A stretch of DNA of 64,000 nucleotides from NCBI GenBank assembly GCA_965198225.1, contig CBDAOY010000007.1:736001-800000 (forward strand), in the 5' to 3' direction. The DNA is from Terriglobia bacterium (GTDB taxonomy: Bacteria; Acidobacteriota; Terriglobia; 20CM-2-55-15). Made by a program: the position numbers and the translations under genes. Numbering within the stretch: position 1 is the stretch's first letter; each line of letters opens with the position of its first letter. The notes under the pieces were generated by a model, which did not search any database, was not told where the DNA came from, and worked only from the letters and a program-made list of their open reading frames with translations. This document shows positions 50,811 to 60,806 of the stretch, piece by piece.

Positions 50811-51581
50811 ATGATCGACAAGCCCGTCGAAGAAAAGGTACTCGCATGCATCGGTCGCGCGATGGGAGAGTTTTCGATGCTCCGGCCCGGTGATCGAGTA
50901 GCGGTCGGTGTTTCCGGTGGCAAGGACAGCTTGTGTTTGATCGATGCCCTTGCCGCATACCGCCGCCGCGCGCCCTTTTCATACGAAGTCGTCGCGCTGA
51001 CGCTGGAGCAGGGCAAGTTCCAGATGCCGGTTCGACAGCTCGAACACCACATCAAGCAGATGGGCGTGGACTGGGTCCTGCGGGACGAGCAGAGGACATT
51101 GAGTCTTGTTGCAGATGGGGTCGACCACGGGTGCGACGTTTGCAGCCGCAACCGGCGGGGTGCTCTCTACCAGGTCGCGTCCGAGCTCGGATGTACGGTT
51201 CTTGCACTGGGACATACTGCCGATGATTGTGCCGAAGGGCTTCTGCGAAACATTCTGTTCAACGGGCGGATCGCCTCGCTGCCCCCGGTTGCCGACTCCA
51301 GAAAGGGTCCAATGCGGTTGATCCGACCGCTGGTGTATGTCTCTGAAGAATTGACCGCCGCATATACGCTGGCGAAGGGCCTGGTTCCGATCGGTTGCGC
51401 TTGTGGCGAAAAGGAAGGACCGCGAAGCGAGATCCGCGAGTTTCTCGACACGATGAGATCCCGTCACATCGACGTCGACGAATGTGTCTCCGCTGCACTG
51501 TCGAACGTCAATCCATATACATTGTTTGATCGGAAGCTTCGGAAGGAAGGGGCGGATCAGCCAGCGTTTGCAAAGGTGTAG
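50811..51581 (+). CDS. ttcA: TtcA-like tRNA thiolation PP-loop ATPase
   Basis: SGGKDS, CDVCSRNRRG, GHTADD, IRPL, C-terminal CAC. Confidence 0.82.
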   Translation: MIDKPVEEKVLACIGRAMGEFSMLRPGDRVAVGVSGGKDSLCLIDALAAYRRRAPFSYEVVALTLEQGKFQMPVRQLEHHIKQMGVDWVLRDEQRTLSLVADGVDHGCDVCSRNRRGALYQVASELGCTVLALGHTADDCAEGLLRNILFNGRIASLPPVADSRKGPMRLIRPLVYVSEELTAAYTLAKGLVPIGCACGEKEGPRSEIREFLDTMRSRHIDVDECVSAALSNVNPYTLFDRKLRKEGADQPAFAKV

Positions 51582-51604
51582 CGACGGCCGTGTGGCCCAA
51601 GAGT

Positions 51605-51672
51605 CCGTGAGAGAGCCGATGTGAGGGGGACAGGGGCCTGGCCCTGTCCCCGGGTTTTCGCCAAGCAGAAAA
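51605..51672. repeat. Palindromic repeat family B
   Basis: Near-identical to 45388-45453. Confidence 0.85.
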
Positions 51673-51699
51673 GTCGGTCGCCGACGCCTGCCTGTATAG

Positions 51700-52473
51700 T
51701 CAGTGCGTCAACGCGTAGAGGACAAAATTGATGCCGAGGCGGACGCCTTCCGCGGACGGCTTCAGCGGATAGACCGGCCGGTCCAGCCATTCCCAGAGGT
51801 CGCCGATGTCGTTGTTGAAGCAGATGATCATGGACGTGTCTTCGCCGTTTTCTGTCGGGTAGCCGTAGAAGACCGGCCAGCCGTTTGAAGCTGCGAAAGC
51901 CGTCACATCGAGATCGCTGATGTCATAGAACGTGTGGAAGATCGGGTGATCGACGGTCAACGGAATCATCTCCCGATCCGGGTACATCCGCTTGAGGTTC
52001 CAATCCCAGTTCGACAGATCGTTGTAGCCGTCGAAATCGTCGACCATCACGAAGCCGCCGCGATCGAGATACTCGCGGAAACCCTTGACTTCGGCATCGG
52101 TCAGACGCATTGTCCCCGGTTCGGAAATGTATATGAACGGGTAGGTGAACAGCTCGGGATCGTCGAGCCGGACGATCTGGTATGACATCCGCGCCACGTT
52201 CAGGTCCGTGGCCTCTTCGACCAGAGTGTTGATGTGTTGTTCGGCGGCAGGATAATCGTGTTCCCATCCGCTCATTTCCCACGTCCCCCCGTGCGTCGTG
52301 AACCGTATGCGTGCAAAGACGAACTCCGTTTCAGGAATATCGGTCGGTTCGTAGATCAGCGAGGGTCGCCCGCGGAATCGTCCGAAGCGCTGCGCCTCGA
52401 GCAGGGTGATGCTGCCGGCTGCCAGGAAGACGAACAGCGCAAACAGGACGAGGGGGCGCTTCATGAAGAACAT
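51700..52473 (-). CDS. DUF4159-domain secreted protein (paralogue of 25630)
   Basis: WEHDYP, YPFIY, YLDRGGFVMVDDF, HPIFHTFY, INFVLYALTH. Confidence 0.88.
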   Translation of the reverse strand: MFFMKRPLVLFALFVFLAAGSITLLEAQRFGRFRGRPSLIYEPTDIPETEFVFARIRFTTHGGTWEMSGWEHDYPAAEQHINTLVEEATDLNVARMSYQIVRLDDPELFTYPFIYISEPGTMRLTDAEVKGFREYLDRGGFVMVDDFDGYNDLSNWDWNLKRMYPDREMIPLTVDHPIFHTFYDISDLDVTAFAASNGWPVFYGYPTENGEDTSMIICFNNDIGDLWEWLDRPVYPLKPSAEGVRLGINFVLYALTH

Positions 52474-52657
52474 TGTACAGCGTGGGAGGGATACATTGGA
52501 ACGACCGAGGAGATCTGAACGAGTCTATTACGAGCGACAAGCGACGAGTAGTAAAGAAGTGGCCAGTGATCAGTGACGAGTGGCCAGTAGGAACGAGTAC
52601 TCGGTTCGATTTCTGGCCATCTTACTCCTAGCTGACCACTGACTACTGGCTACAGAC

Positions 52658-53976
52658 CAGTAGTGTCCGACAGATTTAGGACCTCCCGGTCCTAAAGTTA
52701 GAACTGACGCGATGTAGCGCGCTTGTCAAGGTGTTAACGATTTGATTTCTGTGCGGCCTTCGCGGCAGCCTTTCCAGAGGTTTCTGGGAGGCACCGATGT
52801 ACGCTGGCAAGCTGGTCTTCGCACAAGTCATGGAGTTCGCGCCGTGGTATACGTTCCGTCGTCTGGTGACCAAGTACCGCGGCAATTTCAACGTCCGCAC
52901 ATTCAGTTGCCTGGACCAGTTCCTATGCATGGCCTTCGCTCAGCTGACCTATCGGGAGAGCCTGCGCGACATTCAAGCCTGCTTGCGAGCCCAACCCGCC
53001 AAGCTCTACCACCTGGGGTTGCACGGGAAGGTCAGCCGCAGTGCATTGGCCGATGCCAACGAGTCTCGCGACTGGCGCATCTACGGAGAGTTCGCTCAGG
53101 CGCTGATCCGCATCGCACGCCGCTTGTATGCCCACGAGCCGCTCGGGATCGACCTGGACGAAACCGTCTACGCGCTCGACTCCACGATGATCAGTCTGTG
53201 CTTGTCGCTGTTCCCTTGGGCGCACTTTCGAAAGACCGAAGCCGCGGTGAAGCTTCATACGCTGCTCGACCTGCGTGGCGGTATCCCCAGCTTCATCCAC
53301 ATCTCCGAAGGCAGGCTGCACGACGTCAACGTTCTCGACCTGCTCATCGCCGAAGCCGGTGCTTTCTACGTGATGGACCGCGGCTATCTCGACTTCGATC
53401 GCCTCTACACCTTCAATCAAGCCGGGAGCTTCTTCGTCACCCGTGCTCGATCCGACTTCGCGTTCAAGCGCATCTACTCCCAACCCGTCGACCGACACAC
53501 GGGCCTCATCTGCGATCAGACTATCGAACTGACCGTATTTCGCTCCCGCCGCGGCTACCCCGAACGGTTGCGTCGCATTCGTTATCGCGATCCCGAGGGT
53601 CGGCGACTGGTTTTCTTGACCAATCACATGACGCTCCCAGCCCGGACCATCTGCGAGTTGTATCGCCTGCGCTGGCAGGTGGAGCTGTTCTTCAAATGGA
53701 TCAAACAGCACCTGCGCATCAAGCGTTTCTTCGGCACTTCCGAGAACGCCGTCAAAACTCAGGTCTGGGTCGCCGTGAGCGTTTACGTGCTGGTGGCTAT
53801 CGTGCGTAAAGAACTGAATTTGCCTTTGTCGTTGCACTCAATGTTACAGATCTTGAGTGTCACACCATTTGAGAATGTGCCTCTTTTTCAGCTGCTTACC
53901 GAATCCGGGCTCATCTCAAATCGACACTCTAACGCTAACCAATTGAATCTATTCTGAAACGTGTCGGACACTACTG
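52658..53976 (+). mobile_element. Intact IS4-family insertion sequence
   Basis: 15-bp perfect IR CAGTAGTGTCCGACA / TGTCGGACACTACTG; 9-bp direct repeat GCTACAGAC at 52649-52657 and 53977-53985. Confidence 0.93.
52797..53957 (+). CDS. IS4-family DDE transposase (DUF4372-type N-terminus)
   Basis: ALDST, VKLHT, MDRGY, YRLRWQVELFFKWIKQ (YREK motif). Confidence 0.95.
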   Translation: MYAGKLVFAQVMEFAPWYTFRRLVTKYRGNFNVRTFSCLDQFLCMAFAQLTYRESLRDIQACLRAQPAKLYHLGLHGKVSRSALADANESRDWRIYGEFAQALIRIARRLYAHEPLGIDLDETVYALDSTMISLCLSLFPWAHFRKTEAAVKLHTLLDLRGGIPSFIHISEGRLHDVNVLDLLIAEAGAFYVMDRGYLDFDRLYTFNQAGSFFVTRARSDFAFKRIYSQPVDRHTGLICDQTIELTVFRSRRGYPERLRRIRYRDPEGRRLVFLTNHMTLPARTICELYRLRWQVELFFKWIKQHLRIKRFFGTSENAVKTQVWVAVSVYVLVAIVRKELNLPLSLHSMLQILSVTPFENVPLFQLLTESGLISNRHSNANQLNLF

Positions 53977-54075
53977 GCTACAGACCACTTCTTCGCGGTA
54001 TAGTGGTCCACACTAAGTAGAACGAATATTCAAATATCGACCGAATGGTCAATTTGGCCTGGAGCGTCGAAGGAC

Positions 54076-54573
54076 ATGAGAAAGAAACAACTGATACGAC
54101 TCGTCGTCAACGGCGAGCGGAAAGAGGTTGCCGCCGCGCCGAGCAAGACCCTGCTCGAGGTCCTCAGGGAGGATCTCGGCCTGATCGGTACCAAGCACGG
54201 GTGCGAGGTCGGTGAATGCGGAACCTGCGCGGTGCTGGTCGACGGAGAGCCCGCTCTCTCGTGTCTCCTCCTGCCGTGTGAAATGGAATCCGCTGAGGTC
54301 GGGACGATCGAGGGCCTGGCTTCAGGCGAGCGCCTCGATCCACTTCAGGAGACGTTCGCGGATCTCGGCGCGGCCCAGTGCGGGTACTGCACTCCCGGCA
54401 TCCTTCTTGTCGCCAGATCGCTTTTGAGGGAGGAACCCCATCCGAGCCGGGCGCAGATCGAGGAGGCGCTCGGAGGGAACATCTGTCGCTGCACCGGCTA
54501 CTTGAAGATTTTCGAAGCGATCGAATTGGCGGCAAGCCAGAGCGCGGAAAGCGAGGTAGAGCATGTCGGATGA
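54076..54573 (+). CDS. [2Fe-2S] small subunit of XDH-family molybdoenzyme (HcrC-like)
   Basis: GCEVGECGTC, QCGYCTPG, NICRCTGY. Confidence 0.93.
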   Translation: MRKKQLIRLVVNGERKEVAAAPSKTLLEVLREDLGLIGTKHGCEVGECGTCAVLVDGEPALSCLLLPCEMESAEVGTIEGLASGERLDPLQETFADLGAAQCGYCTPGILLVARSLLREEPHPSRAQIEEALGGNICRCTGYLKIFEAIELAASQSAESEVEHVG

Positions 54574-56977
54574 CCTGAAAGTCATCGGAAAACCGCTGCG
54601 CAAGGTCGACGCGCTGGAGAAGTGCAAAGGTGAGACGATTTTTGCCGACGACGTCGTCCTTCCGAACATGCTTCACGCGAAACTGTTGCGGAGCACCCGA
54701 CCGTACGCACGGATCCGCAACATCGATGCCTCCGCGGCCGAGGCGATGGAAGGAGTCGTAGCGGTGCTCCTCGGGGCAGAACTCCCGATCACCTTCGGCA
54801 TCCTTCCGGTTTCGCAGGACGAGCACACCCTCGCCATCGACACGGTTCGGTATGTCGGCGATCCGATCGCGGCTGTGGCCGCCGTCGACGAAGAGACGGC
54901 GGAGGACGCGATGCGTGCGATCCGGGTGGAGTATGCGGACATCGAAGCGGTGATGTCGATCCCGGATGCCCTCGCTCCGACCGATGAACCGATCCACGAC
55001 TACGCCGAAGAGGGCAACGTCCACAAATCCGTCTCGTTCGATTTCGGTGACACAGACCAGGCCCTGTCCGAGGCGGATGTGACGCTGGAAGACACGTTTT
55101 TCTATCAGGGAAACACACACCTGCCGCTGGAACAGCACGCGGCCGTCGCGCGAGCGCATCCCGACGGCAAACTGACCCTGTGGTCTTCCACGCAGACTCC
55201 CCATTACGTGCACCGGGCACTGGAGCGGGTGCTGGAGATGCCGGCGCATCGGATCCAGGTCATCGCCAACCCCAACGGTGGCGGCTTCGGCGGCAAGAGT
55301 GATCCGTTCAGCCACGAGATAGCTGTCGCGAAGCTTTCCTTGATGACCGGTCGGCCGGTCAAGATCGCCCTCACCCGCGAAGAGGTGTTCTACTGCCACC
55401 GGGGGCGCCACCCCGTGTTGATGCGATCCCGCATGGGGTTCAAAAAAGGTGGTTCGATCACCGGGATGCATTTCGAGACCGTTCTGGACGGCGGAGCCTA
55501 CGGCAGCTACGGTGTGGCCAGTACCTATTACACCGGTGCGCTGCAGACGACGACCTACCACTTTCCCACTTACCGCTTTCAGGGCGCTCGCGTGTTCACG
55601 AACAAACCCCCGTGTGGTCCCAAGCGGGGACATGGGACACCGCAGCCGCGGTTCGGGCTCGAAATCCAGATCGACAAAGCTGCTGAGCGCTTGGGCATCG
55701 ATCCGGCCGAGCTGAGGTTGCGGAACCTCGCCCAGCCGAATTCGCTGACGGCCAACTGGCTGCGTATTCGAACGATCGGCCTTGGACAGTGCATCGAGAA
55801 GGTTGTCGAAGCCTCCGGTTGGGCCGACAAGTACGGGAAGTTGCCCGACGGGCGCGGTGTCGGACTTGCGTGCAGCTGTTACCTGACCGGTGCCGGCCTG
55901 CCGATTTACTGGAACAACATGCCGCAATCGGGGGTGCAACTGCAGTTGGATCGTTCCGGCCTCGTGACCATCTTCTGCGGAAGCACCGACATCGGGCAGG
56001 GTTCGGACTCGGTCCTGGCATACGTGGTGGCCGAGGTCCTGGGTATCGACCCGGACTACACGCGGGTCGTCACCGGCGACACCGACCTGACGCCTGTCGA
56101 CCTGGGAAGCTATTCCAGCCGCGTAACGTTGATGACGGGCAACGCGGCGCTCGAAGCGGCCGAACGGGCAAAGGCCACACTGCTCGAGGCGGTCTCGGAA
56201 AAGCTCGAGGTTCCCCTTGAACGTCTGATTGCGGCCGATGGGCGGATCTTCGATGCCGACGATCCGGCGAAGGCTGTGTCGTTCGCCAAAGCGGTGCAAC
56301 TTGCCGAGGCTCGAAACGGAACTGTGGGGACCGTCGGCAGCTATAAGCCGCCACGCTCGGCCGCGCGCTTCAAGGGGGGAGGAGTCGGGCCGAGCCCGAC
56401 TTACAGTTACTCGGCGGCCGTCATCGAGGTGGAGGTCGATCCGGAAACCGGAATCATCGAAGTCGACAAGGTCTGGGTGGCCCACGACATCGGACGCTCG
56501 ATCAACCCGATGCTCGTCCTGGGACAGGTCGAAGGGAGCATCTACATGGGGCTTGGAGAGGCTTTGATGGAAGAGCAGGAATTCCGACTCGGTGTCCATA
56601 AGACGCCAAGCATGCTCGACTACAAGAGCCCGACCTCGATGGATATGTGCGACGTCGAAACGATACTCATCGAAGATCCGGATCCTGAAGGGCCATTCGG
56701 CGCAAAAGAAGTCGGGCAGGGTCCCCTGCTGCCGGTTCCGCCGGCAATCTGCAACGCTGTCTACGACGCTGTTGGTGTTCGTGTCGATGAAATCCCAGTC
56801 ACACCCGAGAGAATCCTCAAGGGAATCAAGTTGAAGCAACAGGGGAAAGCGGCCCGTGTCGGTCCGGCCGCCTTTCCGGCGATCGAGTATCGGGATGCCC
56901 TGCACATCCTACCGCCCTGGGAGGGCGGAGACGGCAGTGCGATCGAAAGGCCCGAGTACACACGGAAAGGAGTTTGA
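54563..56977 (+). CDS. Molybdopterin large subunit, 4-hydroxybenzoyl-CoA reductase alpha-like
   Basis: FGILP, GGGFGGK, PCGPKRGHG, DIGQG, GSYSSRVT, GPFGAKEVGQ. Confidence 0.88.
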   Translation: MSDDLKVIGKPLRKVDALEKCKGETIFADDVVLPNMLHAKLLRSTRPYARIRNIDASAAEAMEGVVAVLLGAELPITFGILPVSQDEHTLAIDTVRYVGDPIAAVAAVDEETAEDAMRAIRVEYADIEAVMSIPDALAPTDEPIHDYAEEGNVHKSVSFDFGDTDQALSEADVTLEDTFFYQGNTHLPLEQHAAVARAHPDGKLTLWSSTQTPHYVHRALERVLEMPAHRIQVIANPNGGGFGGKSDPFSHEIAVAKLSLMTGRPVKIALTREEVFYCHRGRHPVLMRSRMGFKKGGSITGMHFETVLDGGAYGSYGVASTYYTGALQTTTYHFPTYRFQGARVFTNKPPCGPKRGHGTPQPRFGLEIQIDKAAERLGIDPAELRLRNLAQPNSLTANWLRIRTIGLGQCIEKVVEASGWADKYGKLPDGRGVGLACSCYLTGAGLPIYWNNMPQSGVQLQLDRSGLVTIFCGSTDIGQGSDSVLAYVVAEVLGIDPDYTRVVTGDTDLTPVDLGSYSSRVTLMTGNAALEAAERAKATLLEAVSEKLEVPLERLIAADGRIFDADDPAKAVSFAKAVQLAEARNGTVGTVGSYKPPRSAARFKGGGVGPSPTYSYSAAVIEVEVDPETGIIEVDKVWVAHDIGRSINPMLVLGQVEGSIYMGLGEALMEEQEFRLGVHKTPSMLDYKSPTSMDMCDVETILIEDPDPEGPFGAKEVGQGPLLPVPPAICNAVYDAVGVRVDEIPVTPERILKGIKLKQQGKAARVGPAAFPAIEYRDALHILPPWEGGDGSAIERPEYTRKGV

Positions 56978-56980
56978 ACC

Positions 56981-57985
56981 ATGTTACGACTTCCGGGATT
57001 CGAGTTCAGGCAGCCGGAGAACGTCGGCGAGGCGGCGAACATACTCGCGGGCGAAGGGGACAAGGCGATGCTGGTGGCGGGTGGAACCGACCTCTGGCCG
57101 AAGATGAAACGCAGGCAGTTTTCACCGCGCGTAGTGGTCGGTCTAAGGCATCTCGAGTCTCTCCGGCAGATTGAAGGTGAACCGGATAAAGGCGTCCGGA
57201 TCGGTGCCAATAGAACCCTGCGTCAACTCGAACGCGACCCCATGCTACTTTCCCGCTATCCCGCCGTTGCCGAAGCCGCCCGTTCGATCTCCAGTCCGCC
57301 CCTCAAGACGATGGGGACGATCGGTGGGAACCTGTGTGTCGACACCCGTTGCTTCTACTACGACCAGACGTTTGAGTGGCGGAAGTCGATCGACTTTTGT
57401 ATGAAGAAGGACGGCGACATCTGCTGGGTTGCACCCGGAAGCCCACGTTGCTGGGCGGTCTCTTCGACGGACCTGGCACCCGTCATGCTCGCTCTCGGAG
57501 CCCGTATGCACATGGTGTCTTCCCAGGGAGAACGGATCCTGGGCGCCGGGGAAATGTACAACCACGACGGGATCGAATACCTCCGAAAGAGGCCCGATGA
57601 AGTCCTGACTGCGATCGATCTGCCGCCCATAAACGGCGATGTCACGGTGTTTAAGAAGCTGCGCCGGCGGGGTTCTATCGACTTTCCGCTGCTGAACGTC
57701 GCGGTATGGCTCCGTCCAGCGAAGGACCGAAAGACGATCGAAGATGCTCGGATCGCCATCGGTGGCGTGACGTCGGCGCCTTTTCTCGCCGAGGAAGCAG
57801 CAGCGATGCTTCGTGGGTACTCTCCGTCGGATGACGCGATCGGGGCCGCCGCGCACACGGCGCGTTCGCAATCCAAACCACTGGACAACACGGATCTGGA
57901 TTTCTCCTGGCGCCGTGCGATGGTCGAGGTGTGGACCCGGAGAGCTCTGGAGGAGGCCCGAGAGAAACTGGTGACACGCCCCTAA
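56981..57985 (+). CDS. FAD subunit with [4Fe-4S] insertion (HcrB-like)
   Basis: AGGTDL, TIGGNLC, RCFYYDQ..CMKKDGDIC..PRCWA. Confidence 0.9.
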   Translation: MLRLPGFEFRQPENVGEAANILAGEGDKAMLVAGGTDLWPKMKRRQFSPRVVVGLRHLESLRQIEGEPDKGVRIGANRTLRQLERDPMLLSRYPAVAEAARSISSPPLKTMGTIGGNLCVDTRCFYYDQTFEWRKSIDFCMKKDGDICWVAPGSPRCWAVSSTDLAPVMLALGARMHMVSSQGERILGAGEMYNHDGIEYLRKRPDEVLTAIDLPPINGDVTVFKKLRRRGSIDFPLLNVAVWLRPAKDRKTIEDARIAIGGVTSAPFLAEEAAAMLRGYSPSDDAIGAAAHTARSQSKPLDNTDLDFSWRRAMVEVWTRRALEEAREKLVTRP

Positions 57986-58008
57986 ACAGGCGGAGGCTTT
58001 CAAGGTCG

Positions 58009-58205
58009 GGTGTAGGTGCGCTCTATGAGCGCACCATTCCTTAGCGTCGGGCCCACCGTCCCCCTCAGTCCGGCCTAAGAGAGTTCGATTATGTTTGGGC
58101 ATCCCGGACCATGTTCGGGAGAAAGACAGCTGGTCCGGTCCCCCCACGCCCCTGTAGGTGGACACACGTATCGAGCGTTGTGCGGTCATAGACCGCACCT
58201 ACACC
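58009..58205. repeat. Composite repeat: family A REP doublet enclosing family C module (58036-58155)
   Basis: GTGTAGGTGCGCTCTATGAGCGCAC ... GTGCGGTCATAGACCGCACCTACACC. Confidence 0.82.
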
Positions 58206-58228
58206 TTTCAGGAAAAACGACGTTTTGC

Positions 58229-59584
58229 TCAGGGTTCGCGGAACAGGATCTCTACACGTCGGTTCAGAGCCCGCGTTTCGGCATCGTCGTTCGGCGCGAC
58301 GGGCCGCACGGAGCCGAAGCCCTCGGCGTAGATGTTGTCTTCCGGCACCCCGGCAGCCACGAAGAACTCCCGGACTGCGGCAGCCCGGTCCTGGGACAAT
58401 ACCAGGTTCTTGTCTTCCGGTCCCGAGTCGTCCGTGTGGCCTTCGATCCGGATCGTCGGCGTCATGTTGAAGGTGATCACTCCGACGTATCTGGCCAGCG
58501 TCGCCTGCGTTTCCGGTTTCAGCGTCGCCTTGCTGGGGTCAAAATGTTCGCCCGAGAGGGTGACGAGCAGGCCGCGTGCTGTCTGCCGCGCGCCGTTGTC
58601 GATCAGGGCGCGCTCCAACGGCGGCCACAGCTGCTCGAGCCTCACCACTTCCGATTCGGCTGTACGAGCCCGGCGTAGCGCCTCTTCCCGTTCGAGGCTC
58701 AGTTGCCGACCTTCTCGCTCTGTGGCGACGAGTTCGGATCGTGTCTGATCCAGCCTTTCCTCGGTATCCCGCTGCCTCTGGGTGATCCGCCGAACGTCCT
58801 GTTCGAGACGCTGCCGATCTCGCTCAAGGGCATCGGCTCTGCTCGTGACCTCATTCAGCTCATCGATGATCGGCTGCGCCCGCGCCAGCTTTGTTGCCCG
58901 GTGGGACAGACGGATTGCGTCATTGGCATAGGGCAGGAGCACGTCCAGCGGCATGCTCCGTCTCAGCAACTGCTCCATCGAATCGACAGCCACCCGGGCC
59001 TGGCGGAACGCCGCGTCGGCGAGCCTCTCGGCTCCTTCTTGCTCGGCGACCTTGAAGGCCATCCGCGCCTGGGTGACACGCGGCGGAAGGGCGCCTTGCG
59101 GCGGCAGGGAGATTTGTGAGTAATTCGTGAGTCCGGTTTCCACGGAGCCGTTCTCGACCCGGACCTCGTCATCGCGCGGCGGACGGCTCGTGAATGCCAC
59201 CGCAGAACTCGGCTGATCCACCATGAAATGGGGTTCGGCCGTGATCAGGATACCGAACCGCTGCAGCCTGGTCGCGGTCTCGAGTTCCGCCTTCTGCCCG
59301 TCCACCTCCAGTTCCCCGAGATTCTCGAATTCGCCTTCCGGTGTGACCGCCCAAACGACGTATGAGCGAAGGAGTTGTCCGAAGGCGGCAAAAGGTTGGA
59401 TGCGCTCCACCTTGACTTTCAGACGGCTGACTGTTTCTCCCAGACGGACCTCGACCTCACCGGCAGGCGAAAGCGGGAGGTCAAACCCGGAGTCGATCGA
59501 TACCGTGACGATAGTAAACTCTACCGGTATCGCCTGGGCGAACATCATCAGAGAGACCAGCGCTAAGGTCGAACCCATGGTCAC
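58229..59584 (-). CDS. OmpA-family peptidoglycan-binding protein with coiled coil
   Basis: YVVWAVTPEG N-domain; IEGHTDD, LSQDRA, NRRVEI. Confidence 0.9.
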   Translation of the reverse strand: MTMGSTLALVSLMMFAQAIPVEFTIVTVSIDSGFDLPLSPAGEVEVRLGETVSRLKVKVERIQPFAAFGQLLRSYVVWAVTPEGEFENLGELEVDGQKAELETATRLQRFGILITAEPHFMVDQPSSAVAFTSRPPRDDEVRVENGSVETGLTNYSQISLPPQGALPPRVTQARMAFKVAEQEGAERLADAAFRQARVAVDSMEQLLRRSMPLDVLLPYANDAIRLSHRATKLARAQPIIDELNEVTSRADALERDRQRLEQDVRRITQRQRDTEERLDQTRSELVATEREGRQLSLEREEALRRARTAESEVVRLEQLWPPLERALIDNGARQTARGLLVTLSGEHFDPSKATLKPETQATLARYVGVITFNMTPTIRIEGHTDDSGPEDKNLVLSQDRAAAVREFFVAAGVPEDNIYAEGFGSVRPVAPNDDAETRALNRRVEILFREP

Positions 59585-59704
59585 AATTGAACAATCGGGA
59601 GCAGGTCAATTTCAACTAGTTTCGGGTACTAGAAGAACTCGCGCTTCAACGGCGATGACTGTTTTTGAGATAAGCTAGCGGTTCTTAGCAAAGCTGCGCA
59701 CCCT

Positions 59705-60274
59705 ATGTTGAGCAACAGGTACATCCTTACTTCGATCGCTGCCATGGTTGTTTTCGGAGCCTGGTTGATCTACTCGTCCCGGAACGTCGCGCCCGATCTG
59801 GCACCGTTCTATCCGACCCCGATGGTCGTGGTCGACAGAATGCTCGAGATGGCCGAGATCACCTCCGACGATGTCGTCTATGACCTGGGTTGCGGTGACG
59901 GGCGAATCGTGATCGCCGCCGCAGACGAATTCGGGGCGCGCGGCGTAGGGGTCGAGTACGATCCGGACGTCGCGCAGCGGGCAATCGATAACGTTCGTCG
60001 CAGTGAGCTCGAGGACCGCGTTGAGATCATAGTCGGGGACGCGATGAAGGTGGATGTGTCACCCGCCACAGTGGTCACGCTCTATCTACTCCCGGAATCG
60101 AACCTCAAGCTCCGACCCATTCTGGAGGCGTCGCTCGCTCCCGGTTCCCGGGTGATATCCCACGACTGGGACATGGAAGGCTGGACGGCCGAGCGCGTTG
60201 AGCGCATGGACGATGGGACCGGCCGAATCCACACGCTCTACTTGTGGGTGATGGGAGAGCAATACGGACCGTAG
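59705..60274 (+). CDS. Membrane-anchored SAM-dependent methyltransferase
   Basis: PFYPTP, YDLGCGDGRI, VVTLYL. Confidence 0.9.
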   Translation: MLSNRYILTSIAAMVVFGAWLIYSSRNVAPDLAPFYPTPMVVVDRMLEMAEITSDDVVYDLGCGDGRIVIAAADEFGARGVGVEYDPDVAQRAIDNVRRSELEDRVEIIVGDAMKVDVSPATVVTLYLLPESNLKLRPILEASLAPGSRVISHDWDMEGWTAERVERMDDGTGRIHTLYLWVMGEQYGP

Positions 60275-60806
60275 CACTGGGCGCCTCGAAAGATTCCGAC
60301 CTCTCAACACGAAGCCACGAAGGACACGAAGTATGGATTTTCATAGAAATTGGATCCTTCCGTGGACCGCGCGCCTTCGTGTTGAAAAAAAAGACCTTCC
60401 AGAAGCCCACCGAGCCTGCACGGGACTCGAATCGAACCTCAGGAAGCCCGACTGTCTTTAGGCTAAGTCATTGTTGATGAGTGACTTATAGGCAAAATCT
60501 GTCGGGCGAGTCGGGTCGGTCGCTTTGACCAAGGAGGAAATCGAAGCCCAACAACCTGATCGTAAAAGAGTTAAGCGGCACGACGAGAACTCGGCTGGAC
60601 TCGATGGGACTGAATATGTATTCTTGTAGCCAATCCGGCCCGCATCTTCGGAAGCGTTACTCGCTTCATCTCTTTCTGATCAGCGCGACGGCGCCGAAGT
60701 ATATGGACGGATGGTCGGGCCGGGGCTTCCCTTGACCTTGGTCCGATTGAGAGGCAACCCCTGGTCAAGGCACGGGTCGAAAACCAGGTTCAAGAAGGGA
60801 GTGTCT

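Noticed and set aside
54164-56905. 913-aa minus-strand ORF, and similar long antisense ORFs over ileS, rpsA/sppA, xseA and sucC
   Set aside because: Shadow frames of GC-rich genes; no motifs, and the opposite strand has clear family signatures
60571-60669. 32-aa minus-strand ORF MKRVTLPKMRAG... with a weak RBS
   Set aside because: No motif or supporting context; cannot be distinguished from a chance ORF
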